A stretch of 33,028 nt of DNA. Origin: Patescibacteria group bacterium. Its GTDB lineage: Bacteria; Patescibacteriota; Microgenomatia; UBA1400; PJMF01. Location: NCBI GenBank assembly GCA_018813375.1, contig JAHJBU010000053.1:1-33028 (forward strand), written 5' to 3'. Below, one piece after another: positions 8,926 to 18,186 of the stretch; the stretch's first letter is position 1, and each line of letters starts with the position of its first letter. The position numbers and the translations under genes are program-made. The notes below the pieces were generated by a model. The model was not told the origin of the DNA, searched no databases, and saw only the letters and a program-made list of their open reading frames with translations.

Positions 8926-9665
8926 AATTGAGGTATATACTAGTTTGTCTCTCTGTTCTAATAGGATTAGTTTTTTATTTACAATTAGCTCGACAAGAAC
9001 AAAAGACTCAAGCGACTTTTTCTCCTGTAGCTGCTAACCCCACAAATCTAGTTGATATAGGTAAACTAACTTTGGAGGATTATAAACACATTTCAGAAGA
9101 AAGCGGTGTTGTATTTGTATCAAAAAAAGATTCTCAAAAACAAATTTACTTTGATGATAAGCAGCTTCAATCATTGGAGATGTCACCTTCCCAGAAACAA
9201 GTTGCCTTTTCCTATAATCCAAACGAAACCGAAGAATTGAAAGAGAATGAACTTTCACTCATGCTTCTTGACCTAGATAGTAAAAAAGTAAAGGAGATTT
9301 TTCATACTACGTTTCCCTCTTGGGATGTAGCCGGGAATCCTGATTGGTTGGGGAATAACCATTTGGTATTCGTACGCCATTGTGGCACTTCTTGTCAGGG
9401 TCTAACGTTATTAAATATCCAGACCGGAGAGCTTAAAAACGCCACACTGTCCTATATGTCATCTTTTTCTGATCGACCAGTCTTTACTCATTTCGAAGAT
9501 TGGTTTAACACTCATTTTGAGTTAGATGGCTTTGTTAAACAAATTTTCACAGAGTTTGTAGGGGGAAAATATTATTTAGTTTTTGATATGCAAACGGATA
9601 TTGGTGAAGAAATCAACAAAAAAAAATTCCTTTTTCTTGAAAACAATCTTGCTTTAGAATCTTAA
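8922..9665 (+). CDS. Membrane-anchored hypothetical protein
   Basis: N-terminal TM helix; ATGA overlap with the hydrolase stop. Confidence 0.7.
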   Translation: MKLRYILVCLSVLIGLVFYLQLARQEQKTQATFSPVAANPTNLVDIGKLTLEDYKHISEESGVVFVSKKDSQKQIYFDDKQLQSLEMSPSQKQVAFSYNPNETEELKENELSLMLLDLDSKKVKEIFHTTFPSWDVAGNPDWLGNNHLVFVRHCGTSCQGLTLLNIQTGELKNATLSYMSSFSDRPVFTHFEDWFNTHFELDGFVKQIFTEFVGGKYYLVFDMQTDIGEEINKKKFLFLENNLALES

Positions 9666-9778
9666 TAATCTGTTGACTTCTCTATTTGTCCACTCAGGGT
9701 ATTCTAAGTAAGTTAGCCAATCAATTCGTCCGAATTCATACCATTTCTCGAGCCAGATGGCACTTAATATACCAAGTT
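9654..9778 (-). repeat. Cassette junction: type-B tail (WLEKWYEFGRIDW...YPEW) + GAGC core 9750-9753 + right arm R2
   Basis: Homologous to 15133-15234. The right arm CAGATGGCACTTAATATACCAAGTT recurs at 12589 and 24124. Confidence 0.8.
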
Positions 9779-9904
9779 ATTAGTAAGAACAGTTTTAAAT
9801 ATTTTTTGTTATGTAATAATAGGATTATGTTAAAAAAACAATTGCTAATAAATTTATTCGCCGCCCCAATAGTTTCGCTATTGAGTTTAATTTGTCAGGA
9901 CTAA

Positions 9905-10165
9905 TCAAAAAATATCAATGCATAAATTATCTGCTTCCCCAAGAGTAAAACCTCGACCAATAATAGGCTTTGAAAACTTTTCGGCTTCTGCAAAATCTAT
10001 AAAAGTTCTGGGGGTTGGGATCCCAAATCTTTCTAGATGCTTTAAACCAGATATTTTATCAAAATCAAATCTGGGAAAGACTTTTTTTTCCGCATGATCA
10101 GTTGGAGAACCAAATTCTGTCATAGAATACATTCTATCAGAAGTTTTCTCACACCTGGATTTCAT
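9905..10165 (-). pseudogene. Short ORF, possibly a truncated ATP-grasp/PEP-utiliser-like fragment
   Basis: 86 aa with K..GLKHLERFGIPTP...PIIGRG; lies alone between two junction sites. Confidence 0.35.
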
Positions 10166-10184
10166 ATAAAGTTATGATGAAGAA

Positions 10185-10213
10185 AAGTCCTAACTTGGTC
10201 TAACGCGGGGAGC
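10185..10213 (-). repeat. Cassette junction type A (LPALDQVRT)
   Basis: AAGTCCTAACTTGGTCTAACGCGGGGAGC. Confidence 0.9.
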
Positions 10214-10291
10214 ATAGAGATTTTAGATTGGTATATCAACTTATTTTTTTAATAAATATTTTGTTTACACCTTTTGATATATAATTTGAGC

Positions 10292-10927
10292 ATGAATAAA
10301 AATTTGGTGGTAGTTTTTGATTTTGACGGGACTATTGCTGATTCAGCACAAGCTACTATTGGCATATTTGATCAACTTTCCAAAGAATTTAATCTTGGTA
10401 AATCAGGGAGATACTTATTCGATATATACCGGGAAAAAGGAGCTAGGGAATTAGTTAAGGAATTAAAAATTCCTCTTAGGAAATTACCCACCTTGCTAAA
10501 GCGATATAGAGAGGAGTCAGCAAGAATAATTAAGGATCTAAAGCCGATAAGGCAAGTTGATGGCATGCTTGAAAAATTGAAAAATGAAGGTTTTGCCCTG
10601 GGAATACTTACTTCTAATTCAGGAGAAAATGTCGGGAAGTTTATTGAGAAAAATAAATTATTTTTTTTTGACTTCATTTATTCAGAGGGAAGCTTTTTTG
10701 GAAAAGATAAAGTAATAAAAAAGATGTTAAAGAATCAGCATCTTGATTCAAAACAAACTATTTACGTTGGTGATGAGGCGCGAGATATTGATGCTGCTAG
10801 AAAAGCTGGGATTAAGGTTATTGCGGCGACTTGGGGCTTCAATTCGGATGAGATCTTAAAGAAGAGTAATCCAGATTATTTAGTAAATAATCCTAAGGAA
10901 TTGGTTGAGATAGTAAAAAAGTTCTAA
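10292..10927 (+). CDS. HAD-IA family hydrolase (phosphoglycolate phosphatase-like)
   Basis: FDFDGTIAD, LTSN, YVGDEARD, WGFN. ATG at 10292. Confidence 0.9.
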   Translation: MNKNLVVVFDFDGTIADSAQATIGIFDQLSKEFNLGKSGRYLFDIYREKGARELVKELKIPLRKLPTLLKRYREESARIIKDLKPIRQVDGMLEKLKNEGFALGILTSNSGENVGKFIEKNKLFFFDFIYSEGSFFGKDKVIKKMLKNQHLDSKQTIYVGDEARDIDAARKAGIKVIAATWGFNSDEILKKSNPDYLVNNPKELVEIVKKF

Positions 10928-10947
10928 CTTGGTCCAACCCGGGGAGC
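10919..10947 (-). repeat. Cassette junction type A (LPGLDQVRT)
   Basis: AAGTTCTAACTTGGTCCAACCCGGGGAGC. Contains the HAD stop codon and is followed by an R1-type arm. Confidence 0.9.
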
Positions 10948-10972
10948 AAGTGATAAAAAAACCTATAGATGG

Positions 10973-11914
10973 CTATTTTTTTCTATCGCGATTTTTAATA
11001 TATTTTTCTACTGCCTGAACGGTAGTTACCCAATTTCGTCCCTGCTTATGAGCTTCCAGCTTTCCATTTCTGGCTAATAAATTTAAATACTCTGCACTAT
11101 AAGGAGTCTTTTTACTGATTTCAGATAAAAATTTAAACTTTTTCTTTTGGTCATTGGTTGGTTGTAGGGCTTTTAAATAAATATCCAACGATCTTTCCAC
11201 AGCCTGAGTCACAAATCTGACTAAAGGCACATACTCACCCTGATCAGCTCTGTCTAAAACTCGGTAGTATTTTTTACGGTCATTTTTAAGCAAAATAGCC
11301 AATGGATAGCCCGCTCGCATTAAGATAATATTCATCATCAATCTGGCAGTCCGGCCATTACCATCAAAAAAGGGATGAATTTTAACTAATTTATGATGAA
11401 ACATAGCTGCCAACTCCACAGAGTGCAATGTCTTTTGATTTTTAGCAAACCAACTCATCAATTTATTCATCTGGTTTGGAACTTGTAAGGCATCTGGAGG
11501 AATATGGTCTGAGCCACCAATTACTACATTCCCAGTTCGGTACTGGCCTGCAAATTCTTCCTCAGTTTTTTTGACCACCAATTGATGAAAACTCTTCAGT
11601 AAGTGTTCTGAAAGAGTTGGTTGTGCCTCATGGCTAATCAAGTCATATAAAAACTCCAGAGCAGCATGATGATCTTTAGCTTCCAGATGATCCTTCAGTG
11701 GCTTGCCCTTAATAGTTAATCCTTCACGAATGACCCAGTAAGTTTCTTTTAAAGTCAAGCTGTTGCCCTCGATTCCATTAGAGTTGCAAGTCATCTCAAT
11801 CTTAAATTGCTCGCGCAGTTTTTTAACAGCTCCAGTAGGAAGTGGACGTAAAGATTGTAAAGTTTTTAGTTTTTGGTCTAAACGGGTTTGTAGGAACTTG
11901 GGTAGATATGTCAT
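10973..11914 (-). CDS. Fic family protein with C-terminal HTH
   Basis: HPFFDGNGRTAR and SNGIEGN motifs. Likely start is ATG at 11914. Confidence 0.92.
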   Translation of the reverse strand: MTYLPKFLQTRLDQKLKTLQSLRPLPTGAVKKLREQFKIEMTCNSNGIEGNSLTLKETYWVIREGLTIKGKPLKDHLEAKDHHAALEFLYDLISHEAQPTLSEHLLKSFHQLVVKKTEEEFAGQYRTGNVVIGGSDHIPPDALQVPNQMNKLMSWFAKNQKTLHSVELAAMFHHKLVKIHPFFDGNGRTARLMMNIILMRAGYPLAILLKNDRKKYYRVLDRADQGEYVPLVRFVTQAVERSLDIYLKALQPTNDQKKKFKFLSEISKKTPYSAEYLNLLARNGKLEAHKQGRNWVTTVQAVEKYIKNRDRKK

Positions 11915-11997
11915 ATTATTAGTATGGTTTATATTAAAATCAATACTATCCCATATTAAGAAATAAGTCAAGAATTTATTGTAAATTTAGGTTAAAC

Positions 11998-12026
11998 AAG
12001 TCCTAACTTGATCCAGCACGGGGAGC
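11998..12026 (-). repeat. Cassette junction type A (LPVLDQVRT)
   Basis: AAGTCCTAACTTGATCCAGCACGGGGAGC. Confidence 0.9.
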
Positions 12027-12138
12027 ATCAAATATCACGGAAAGACACGCAAAATATACTTGTGTGCTATGGTTAAATAGAAGAATTATTTATGATTTTC
12101 CAGTTTGAATGTTAATCCACAAAAAGATATATTAACTT

Positions 12139-12501
12139 ATGGCTTGGTTTGGTATGTTTAGCTATTACGGCAATATTAGTGAAGAGGGACTTGTGCTTTC
12201 AGATATTTTTGGAAAAAAAATTATCCCCTGGGATGATATCTTGAGAGTAAAAACAACTTCTCACAATGAAGATTTTTGGGCATATATCATAGTCACAAAT
12301 GATAATAAATATATTGTCCGCGCAGATTGTGATGATTTTGAAAGTTTATTAGTAGAAAAAGCACTTCTCGAACTTTATAAAATAAGTAAAATGGATCCTA
12401 AACGTAAAAAAATATGGAAAAAAATAGGTCATTCATATAAACATATAAACTTCCAAGATTGGCTAGACGATAAATTTCATGTATATAACATTGCCAGATA
12501 A
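12139..12501 (+). CDS. Hypothetical protein (PH-like, possibly 5'-eroded)
   Basis: 120-aa ORF alone between two junctions, containing I.EEGL....FGKKIIPWDDI. Confidence 0.5.
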   Translation: MAWFGMFSYYGNISEEGLVLSDIFGKKIIPWDDILRVKTTSHNEDFWAYIIVTNDNKYIVRADCDDFESLLVEKALLELYKISKMDPKRKKIWKKIGHSYKHINFQDWLDDKFHVYNIAR

Positions 12502-12560
12502 CTATCTAATCTGTTTATTTTAAAGTAACCATATTTCAAATATCCCTTTACCCATTTCCT

Positions 12561-12613
12561 AGTTCGAGTAGTGACCAGCCCGTGGAGCCAGTTGGTACTT
12601 AATATACCAAGTT
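12561..12613 (-). repeat. Divergent cassette junction (WLHGLVTTRT) + right arm R2
   Basis: AGTTCGAGTAGTGACCAGCCCGTGGAGC then CAGTTGGTACTTAATATACCAAGTT. The RT dipeptide is in the same register as in type A. Confidence 0.75.
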
Positions 12614-12645
12614 TAGCTTCATTCAAAGCTTGGAGTGCTGATGTG

Positions 12646-13133
12646 TCAATCTCCAATAACGACTGCCCTAACGGGTGTGCCTGAAATGCCTCGAATTTTT
12701 AATGGATACGCTTCAACTTATCAATTAAATATTGAGCATCTTCTGGATGCATCCGCTTATCTTTCTCATTTTTTCCTTCAAGGAGTTGATCCATAATTCC
12801 TGTTCTTAAAATAACTGCTTTATTAGTAAGATTTTCCTTATCAAGTTGTTTTCTTAACTCATTGCCGGGGATAAATTCATCTTGTAAGTTGTAAAAATCA
12901 ACGACAACTGCCTCGCGTTGAAAATAATCAATAGGAAACTCATTGATCTTTTTACCATCCTTGAGAAAATAATGTGGTGACTGAATATGGGTGCCATCGG
13001 CACTGTTGGTAGAAAAGTTATAACAGAATTCTTTGTCTTTACCAAAAGCACTATAGGGATCACTTATTTGAAGTGGTTTATCGCCAGGGTAAACCCAGTT
13101 TCCCATCCACATTGTGATATCGATTATTTTCAT
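12646..13133 (-). pseudogene. Cyclase/kynurenine formamidase family, internally deleted
   Basis: N-terminal IIDIT...YPGD...GTHIQSPHYF...VILRTG. The canonical C-terminus YPLKIRGISGTPVRAVV* is in another frame (ends 12646) and the middle segment is missing. Confidence 0.8.
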
Positions 13134-13138
13134 ACACC

Positions 13139-13220
13139 TCATGGTATCATAAACTGACTAAGCGAAGGTTTAACTTTCTCTATTTCCTCTTCGATTTGAG
13201 CAACAAGCCTAAAGTTTTCC
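13139..13220 (-). repeat. Partial type-E tail (FRLVAQIEEEIEKV)
   Basis: Homologous to 24575-24706. The junction core appears lost. Confidence 0.65.
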
Positions 13221-13265
13221 TTCTAATATAAAATCAAGTACGTTTTTGTTAGAATAATATTCAAT

Positions 13266-13781
13266 ATGGAACAACAAAAATGTTATGAGAATTACCCTGC
13301 TTGGATTGTAGTAATCTCAAATCTTATTTCATTTTCCACATATTTCATAGGCGGGTTTATTGTTTACCAAATTGGTTCCTTGTGGCTCGCGTTATACATA
13401 CTATATATCTTAATTTTGGAATTAAAATTGTTGGGGGGACATTGTGTGAACTGTTACTACTACGGAAAGATCTGTGCTTTTGGGAAAGGAAGATTAAGCA
13501 GCTTATTCTTCAAAAAAGGTGAATCAAGTAAATTTTGTAAAAATAAAATGACCTGGAAAGATATTGTTCCAGACTTTCTGGTTTCAGTTATACCTATCAT
13601 TGTCGGAATTATCTCCCTAATAATTCATTTCAACTGGTTAATCCTGTTTTTTATGGTGTTACTTTTTATTCTTGGGTTTTCTGGAAGCGCAATAGTAAGA
13701 AGTCAGCTGGCATGTAAATTTTGTAAGCAACGGAAACTAGGGTGTCCAGCTGAAAAATTATTTGAAAAAACTAAAAAGTGA
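13266..13781 (+). CDS. Four-TM membrane protein with Cys motifs
   Basis: CVNCYYYGKICAFG and CKFCKQRKLGCP flanking TM helices. Confidence 0.75.
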   Translation: MEQQKCYENYPAWIVVISNLISFSTYFIGGFIVYQIGSLWLALYILYILILELKLLGGHCVNCYYYGKICAFGKGRLSSLFFKKGESSKFCKNKMTWKDIVPDFLVSVIPIIVGIISLIIHFNWLILFFMVLLFILGFSGSAIVRSQLACKFCKQRKLGCPAEKLFEKTKK

Positions 13782-13874
13782 TTTACATAGTGGCAGTGTG
13801 AGCAAGCATCTTAATCTGATTTGGTCTTATCGAGCTTTTCCTGTCCATATTAAAACTTAGTATCAAAATAAATT

Positions 13875-14604
13875 ATGGCTAAACAATTGCAAAAACCAAC
13901 TAAACGTCTCGAAATCGATACCTTTAAGCGTGAGTCGGATTTCCTGCTGTACACCACTCCTGATGGTAAGGTTAGGTTGGAAATTTTTGTTAAGGATGAA
14001 AATATTTGGTTAACTCAAGGAAAAATTGACCAACTTTTTGGAGTTCAGCGACCAGCTGTTACAAAACACCTAATAAATATTTTTGAAAGTGGTGAGCTTG
14101 AGGAAAATTCAGTTAGTTCTATTTTGGAACATACCACTCAACATGGCGCTATGAAAGGAAAAACTCAAAAATAAAGTGTTAAATACTACAACCTCGATGC
14201 CATTATCTCTGTTGGTTATCGAGTCAACTCAGCTCAAGCTACCCACTTTCGTATTTGGGCAACGGAGCGGCTAAAAGAATACATCATTAAAGGCTTCATT
14301 ATGGATGATGAGCGACTCAAGGACCCACAGCGGATTTTTGGCAAGGATTATTTTAGAGAACTACTTGAGAGGATCCGCTCGATCCGTGCCAGTGAGCGCC
14401 GAATTTACCAGCAGATTACGGATATTTTTGCAGAGTGCAGTATCGACTATGATTCTCACTCTCAAACCACCAAGGACTTTTTTGTCACCGTTCAAAATAA
14501 ATTCCACTTTGCCATAACATGCCATACGGCTGCCGAGATTATTGATGAACGAGTTGATCGTAAGCGACCCAATATGGGGCTTGCAACTTGGAAACAAGCA
14601 CCAG
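13875..14604 (+). pseudogene. RhuM-family protein pseudogene
   Basis: IWLTQ...LFG...KHL.NIF.SGEL, in-frame TAA at 14172-14174, then YYNLDAIISVGYRVNS...FRIWAT...KGFIMDDERLK...IRSIRASE. Homology ends after WKQAP (~14604). Confidence 0.88.
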
Positions 14605-14624
14605 TTTTATTTAATTCTAATTCT

Positions 14625-15095
14625 TCAATTCAAAACCACAATCGCCGCATTGAGCAAGGTGGCAAAACTAACCCACAAGAGGTACGGTACGAGTAAATAC
14701 AAAGCCAATCGAGATAATGGATAAAATTTCTTCATAGTCATCACGATCAACACCCACATCGCCACAATTACGATTAGTCCTAATAAAGGCGCTCTGAGTC
14801 CAAAAAAGATAGGTGACCAGATAAAGTTAAGACCAAGTTGCGCTAAAAAGTATTTGCCCGCGGTAGCAATCTTCTTTTTCTGCCAGCCTTGCTTCCAAAT
14901 CAAATAAAAAGAAACTCCCATCAGGAAGTATAAAAGTGTCCAGACTGGTCCAAATAGCCAGTTGGGCGGAGCAAAGAATGGCTTGTTAAGTGTGGCGTAC
15001 CAAGTAGGGATAGCAGAGATGGTAAATAGTGTACCCAGAAAACCCACTAGTTCACAGCCAACCACAGAAATAATAAGTTTGGGCAAGTCTTTCAT
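14625..15095 (-). CDS. tspO: TspO/MBR family tryptophan-rich sensory protein
   Basis: WYATLNKPFFAPPNWLFGPVWTLLY...LNFIWSPIFFG...PYLLWVSFATLLN. Confidence 0.95.
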   Translation of the reverse strand: MKDLPKLIISVVGCELVGFLGTLFTISAIPTWYATLNKPFFAPPNWLFGPVWTLLYFLMGVSFYLIWKQGWQKKKIATAGKYFLAQLGLNFIWSPIFFGLRAPLLGLIVIVAMWVLIVMTMKKFYPLSRLALYLLVPYLLWVSFATLLNAAIVVLN

Positions 15096-15132
15096 CTACC
15101 TACAGTATGAAACAAATTCGCAAAATGGGCAA

Positions 15133-15268
15133 TCAATACTGTAAGAATCGATTCACTTCCTTCATCGTCCACTCGGGATACTCCAGCTCATTCACCCAAT
15201 CAATTCGTCCGAATTCATACCATCGTTCGAGCAAATGATAAAAAGACCTATGAATAGGTTTTTTATTT
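15133..15268 (-). repeat. Cassette junction: type-B tail + GAGC core 15229-15232 + right arm R1
   Basis: Minus strand LLERWYEFGRIDWVNELEYPEWTMKEVNRFLQY*, followed on + by AAATGATAAAAAGACCTATGAATAGGTTTTTT. Confidence 0.8.
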
Positions 15269-15305
15269 AAACATATTTTGTTCATCAAAATTAATATATT
15301 TCATA

Positions 15306-15337
15306 GTTTACAATTAAGTTTACAAAAGGGTTTACAA
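15306..15337 (+). promoter_or_regulatory. Triple direct repeat operator upstream of fic
   Basis: GTTTACAA at 15306, 15318 and 15330 (12-bp period). Confidence 0.6.
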
Positions 15338-15385
15338 TTAATTGTTTTATCTATATACTATTTTTAGTATTTAAAAAATAAGAGC

Positions 15386-16405
15386 ATGTTTCAACCTAAG
15401 TTTACCCTAACTTCATTGCTTCTAGACAATCTTTCTAAAATTGAAAGATTCTATGGGCAGTTAGAGGCTCTTAAAATTCCCAAAAAACTAGAACTTAATT
15501 TAGAACGAGATAATTTGATTCAATCAACTTATGTTTCAAATAGTATCGAAGGAAACCCATTGTCACTGCCAGAAGTTACTAATTTACTCTTAGATGGCAG
15601 AGTGCCAGCAAATCGTGATGAAAAAGAAGTTAAAAACTATTTTGAGCTCCTTAAGAATTTGCCAAATATGACTACTAAATATTTAGATCTTGGATTAGTG
15701 ACAGATCTTCATTCTAAGTTATTAGTTGGAGTGAATGATGAAATTGCTGGGAAAATTAGAAATAAAAAAGTGGTAGTCGGTGGATATAAAAAAAATGATG
15801 GTGAGCTTAAGCTAGTGGTTAAGCACGATCCCCCTTATCATAAACAAGCACAAATAGGCGATTACTTGACTAAGTTACTATCTTGGTCAAATGAATCGTC
15901 AGAACAAGCAATTTTAAAAGCTGGAATATTTCATCATCAATATGTTTACCTGCATCCCTTTATGGATGGTAATGGTCGGACTTGTCGCTTATTAACAGCT
16001 TTCGTTTTGTTAAAAAATGAGTATCAAATTAATAAATACTTTGTTTTAGATGATTACTATGACTTGGACAGAAAAGAGTACTCAGATAAACTAAATAGTG
16101 CTGATCAAGGTGATAAAACAGAGTGGCTAGAATACTTTACGAGTGGAGTTAGGTATTCCTTACAAAGTTCATTGGGTCGGGTTAATAACATGATGAAAAC
16201 TTTAAAAGTTGAAAATAGACCTACTTCTAAAGAAACAGAAGTTTTAGCTTTTCTTGAACAGAATCAGCAAATCACTTCCAGTGATTTAGCCGATCACCTT
16301 GAAGTAAGTCGCCAACAAGCTCATAAATTTTTGGCTTCTTTATTGGAAAAAGGATTGATTGATAAAAAAGGTGAAACTAAAAAAAGTTATTATTTTATTA
16401 AGTGA
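15386..16405 (+). CDS. Fic family protein with C-terminal wHTH
   Basis: HPFMDGNGRTCR, SNSIEGN and a C-terminal HTH. Confidence 0.92.
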   Translation: MFQPKFTLTSLLLDNLSKIERFYGQLEALKIPKKLELNLERDNLIQSTYVSNSIEGNPLSLPEVTNLLLDGRVPANRDEKEVKNYFELLKNLPNMTTKYLDLGLVTDLHSKLLVGVNDEIAGKIRNKKVVVGGYKKNDGELKLVVKHDPPYHKQAQIGDYLTKLLSWSNESSEQAILKAGIFHHQYVYLHPFMDGNGRTCRLLTAFVLLKNEYQINKYFVLDDYYDLDRKEYSDKLNSADQGDKTEWLEYFTSGVRYSLQSSLGRVNNMMKTLKVENRPTSKETEVLAFLEQNQQITSSDLADHLEVSRQQAHKFLASLLEKGLIDKKGETKKSYYFIK

Positions 16406-16421
16406 TTCTTAGTAAGTAAAT

Positions 16422-16484
16422 AAGTCCTAACATAGTCCAGCCCGGGGAGCAAGTGATAAAAAGACCTATAAATAGGTCTTTTTT
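16422..16484 (-). repeat. Cassette junction type A (LPGLDYVRT) + right arm R1 hairpin
   Basis: AAGTCCTAACATAGTCCAGCCCGGGGAGC then AAGTGATAAAAAGACCTATAAATAGGTCTTTTTT. Confidence 0.9.
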
Positions 16485-16672
16485 GTTTGTATGATATACT
16501 CTAGTTTATGCACAGCATCTTGTGTACCTGCTGATTTTTCGGCACTACGCTTGAAAAAGTCAGGGTCCGTAATATGAAAAAATGGCAACTAATTTCAGCC
16601 GAAGATATTTCTCCCAGCAAATGGTTTCCTTTGGAAAAGAGAAGCTATCAACTTCCCAATGGAAAACAAATT

Positions 16673-18186
16673 TGTTAGCCCAAAATGAAAATGTCCCCTT
16701 TCTGCAAAGTAGGAATGTCCCCTTTTGGAAAAAAGCATTCATAATTTAATTGCGTAGCAATTAATGAACTGGAGGCTGGAAATGGGAGATATTGTCATGA
16801 GCGATAAAGAAGTAAATCAGATCGAACTTTTTGAGAAGTTAGCTAGAAAAGAAATAAAACAAGGAAAGGTGGCAAATATTCTTGGTTTGTCTGTAAGACA
16901 AATAAAAAGAAAACTTAGGAAATATAAGCTAGATGGAGCTAAATCATTGGTTAATAAATCTAGAGGAAAAGTTAGTAATAGAAAGATTAGCCAGGAAAGA
17001 ATAGATAAAGCAATTACATTAATTAGAGATAAATATTGGGATTTTGGTCCAACGCTAGCTAATGAAAAACTGCTTGAAATCCATAAAATAAAACTTAGCG
17101 TTGAAAAACTAAGACAAGAAATGATCAAGGCAGGGATCTGGAAACCAAGAAAAAGAAGAAAGGCTCATGTACATCAGTTACGAGAAAGAAGAGCTTGTTT
17201 TGGGGAATTAATACAGCTAGATGGTTCTCCTCATGACTGGTTTGAAGGTAGAGCTCCAAAGTGTAATCTAAATGTTGCTGCAGATGATGCAACTAATACG
17301 TTTAGTGTTAAATTTAGTAAGACTGAAACAACTCAGGATTACTTTAAATTACTTGAAGAATACATAGGTCAATATGGATTGCCAAGGGCAATCTATGCTG
17401 ATAAGCACTCAATATTCAGAGTAAATACCCCAAGTAATCTTGATCTAAAAAAACCAAGTAAACATGATAAATATGAAAGACTAACTCAATTTGGTAGAGC
17501 ATGCAAAGAATTAGGTATTGAATTAATTTTTGCTAATACTGCTCAAGCTAAAGGTAGAGTTGAAAAAGTTAATTATACTTTTCAAGATAGACTTGTTAAA
17601 GAAATGAGATTAGAAGGTATCTGTAGTATTGAAGAAGCAAATAAATTTGTTCCAAAATATATGAAAATATTTAACAAAAAGTTTTCAAAAACACCAAGAT
17701 CAACAGTTGATATGCATAGAAAGTTAAGCAAAAATATTGATCTATCAAGTATTTTTTGTCTTAAAGAAACTAGAATTCTTTCTAAAAATCTAACTTTTCA
17801 GCGAAATAATATTATTTTCCAGATTAAAACAAAAAGAACTGCATTTACCCTTAGAAAAACTCAAGTCACAATCTTAGAAAGATATGATGGGTCAATTAAA
17901 ATATTCGATTACAGAAATAAACCCCTCAAGTATGAAACTATTAAGTTGCTTCCAAGTATTAAAGCTACAAGTAGCAAAGAACTTAATTCTAAACTCGATG
18001 ATATACTAATTCGAGAAACAAAGAAAAACTACAGAAAAAAGAATCCATGGGAATCTAGCTTTGAAGAGCTAGGTAAAAATATAGGTTTTTACAAACCACT
18101 TGGAGCCGTTTAACAAAAATATTAATTACCCAAAAGGGGACATTCCTACTTAGGACAAAAGGGGACGTTTCTAAATGGTGCTAACA
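16673..18186 (+). mobile_element. IS1202-family (ISNCY) insertion sequence with 15-bp TSD
   Basis: Ends TGTTAGC...GCTAACA with repeated internal TGTCCCCTTT / AAAGGGGAC boxes. Direct repeat AATGGAAAACAAATT at 16658-16672 and 18187-18201. Confidence 0.92.
16764..18113 (+). CDS. ISNCY/IS1202-type DDE transposase
   Basis: DFGPTLANEKL, GELIQLDGSPHDWFE, DDAT, YADKHSIF, TQFGRA, AKGRVE, QDRLVKEMR. Confidence 0.93.
   Translation: MNWRLEMGDIVMSDKEVNQIELFEKLARKEIKQGKVANILGLSVRQIKRKLRKYKLDGAKSLVNKSRGKVSNRKISQERIDKAITLIRDKYWDFGPTLANEKLLEIHKIKLSVEKLRQEMIKAGIWKPRKRRKAHVHQLRERRACFGELIQLDGSPHDWFEGRAPKCNLNVAADDATNTFSVKFSKTETTQDYFKLLEEYIGQYGLPRAIYADKHSIFRVNTPSNLDLKKPSKHDKYERLTQFGRACKELGIELIFANTAQAKGRVEKVNYTFQDRLVKEMRLEGICSIEEANKFVPKYMKIFNKKFSKTPRSTVDMHRKLSKNIDLSSIFCLKETRILSKNLTFQRNNIIFQIKTKRTAFTLRKTQVTILERYDGSIKIFDYRNKPLKYETIKLLPSIKATSSKELNSKLDDILIRETKKNYRKKNPWESSFEELGKNIGFYKPLGAV

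Noticed and set aside
12541..12590. Complete tRNA gene ending GGAGCCA
   Set aside because: GTTCGAG is present, but I could not form an acceptor, D or anticodon stem upstream.
13195..13212. TTTGAGCAACAAGCCTAA (also 24625-24642) as a GAGC crossover core
   Set aside because: Homology continues on both sides, and this GAGC is internal to the type-E tail in a different frame.
13756..13815. Possible junction at GAGC 13800-13803 (minus-strand LLTLPLCKSLFSFFK*)
   Set aside because: The position fits, but neither arm clearly matches another copy, so it is left unconfirmed.
14172..14174. Stop-codon reassignment explaining the in-frame stop in RhuM
   Set aside because: TAA, TAG and TGA all terminate intact genes here, and the gene is also 3'-truncated.
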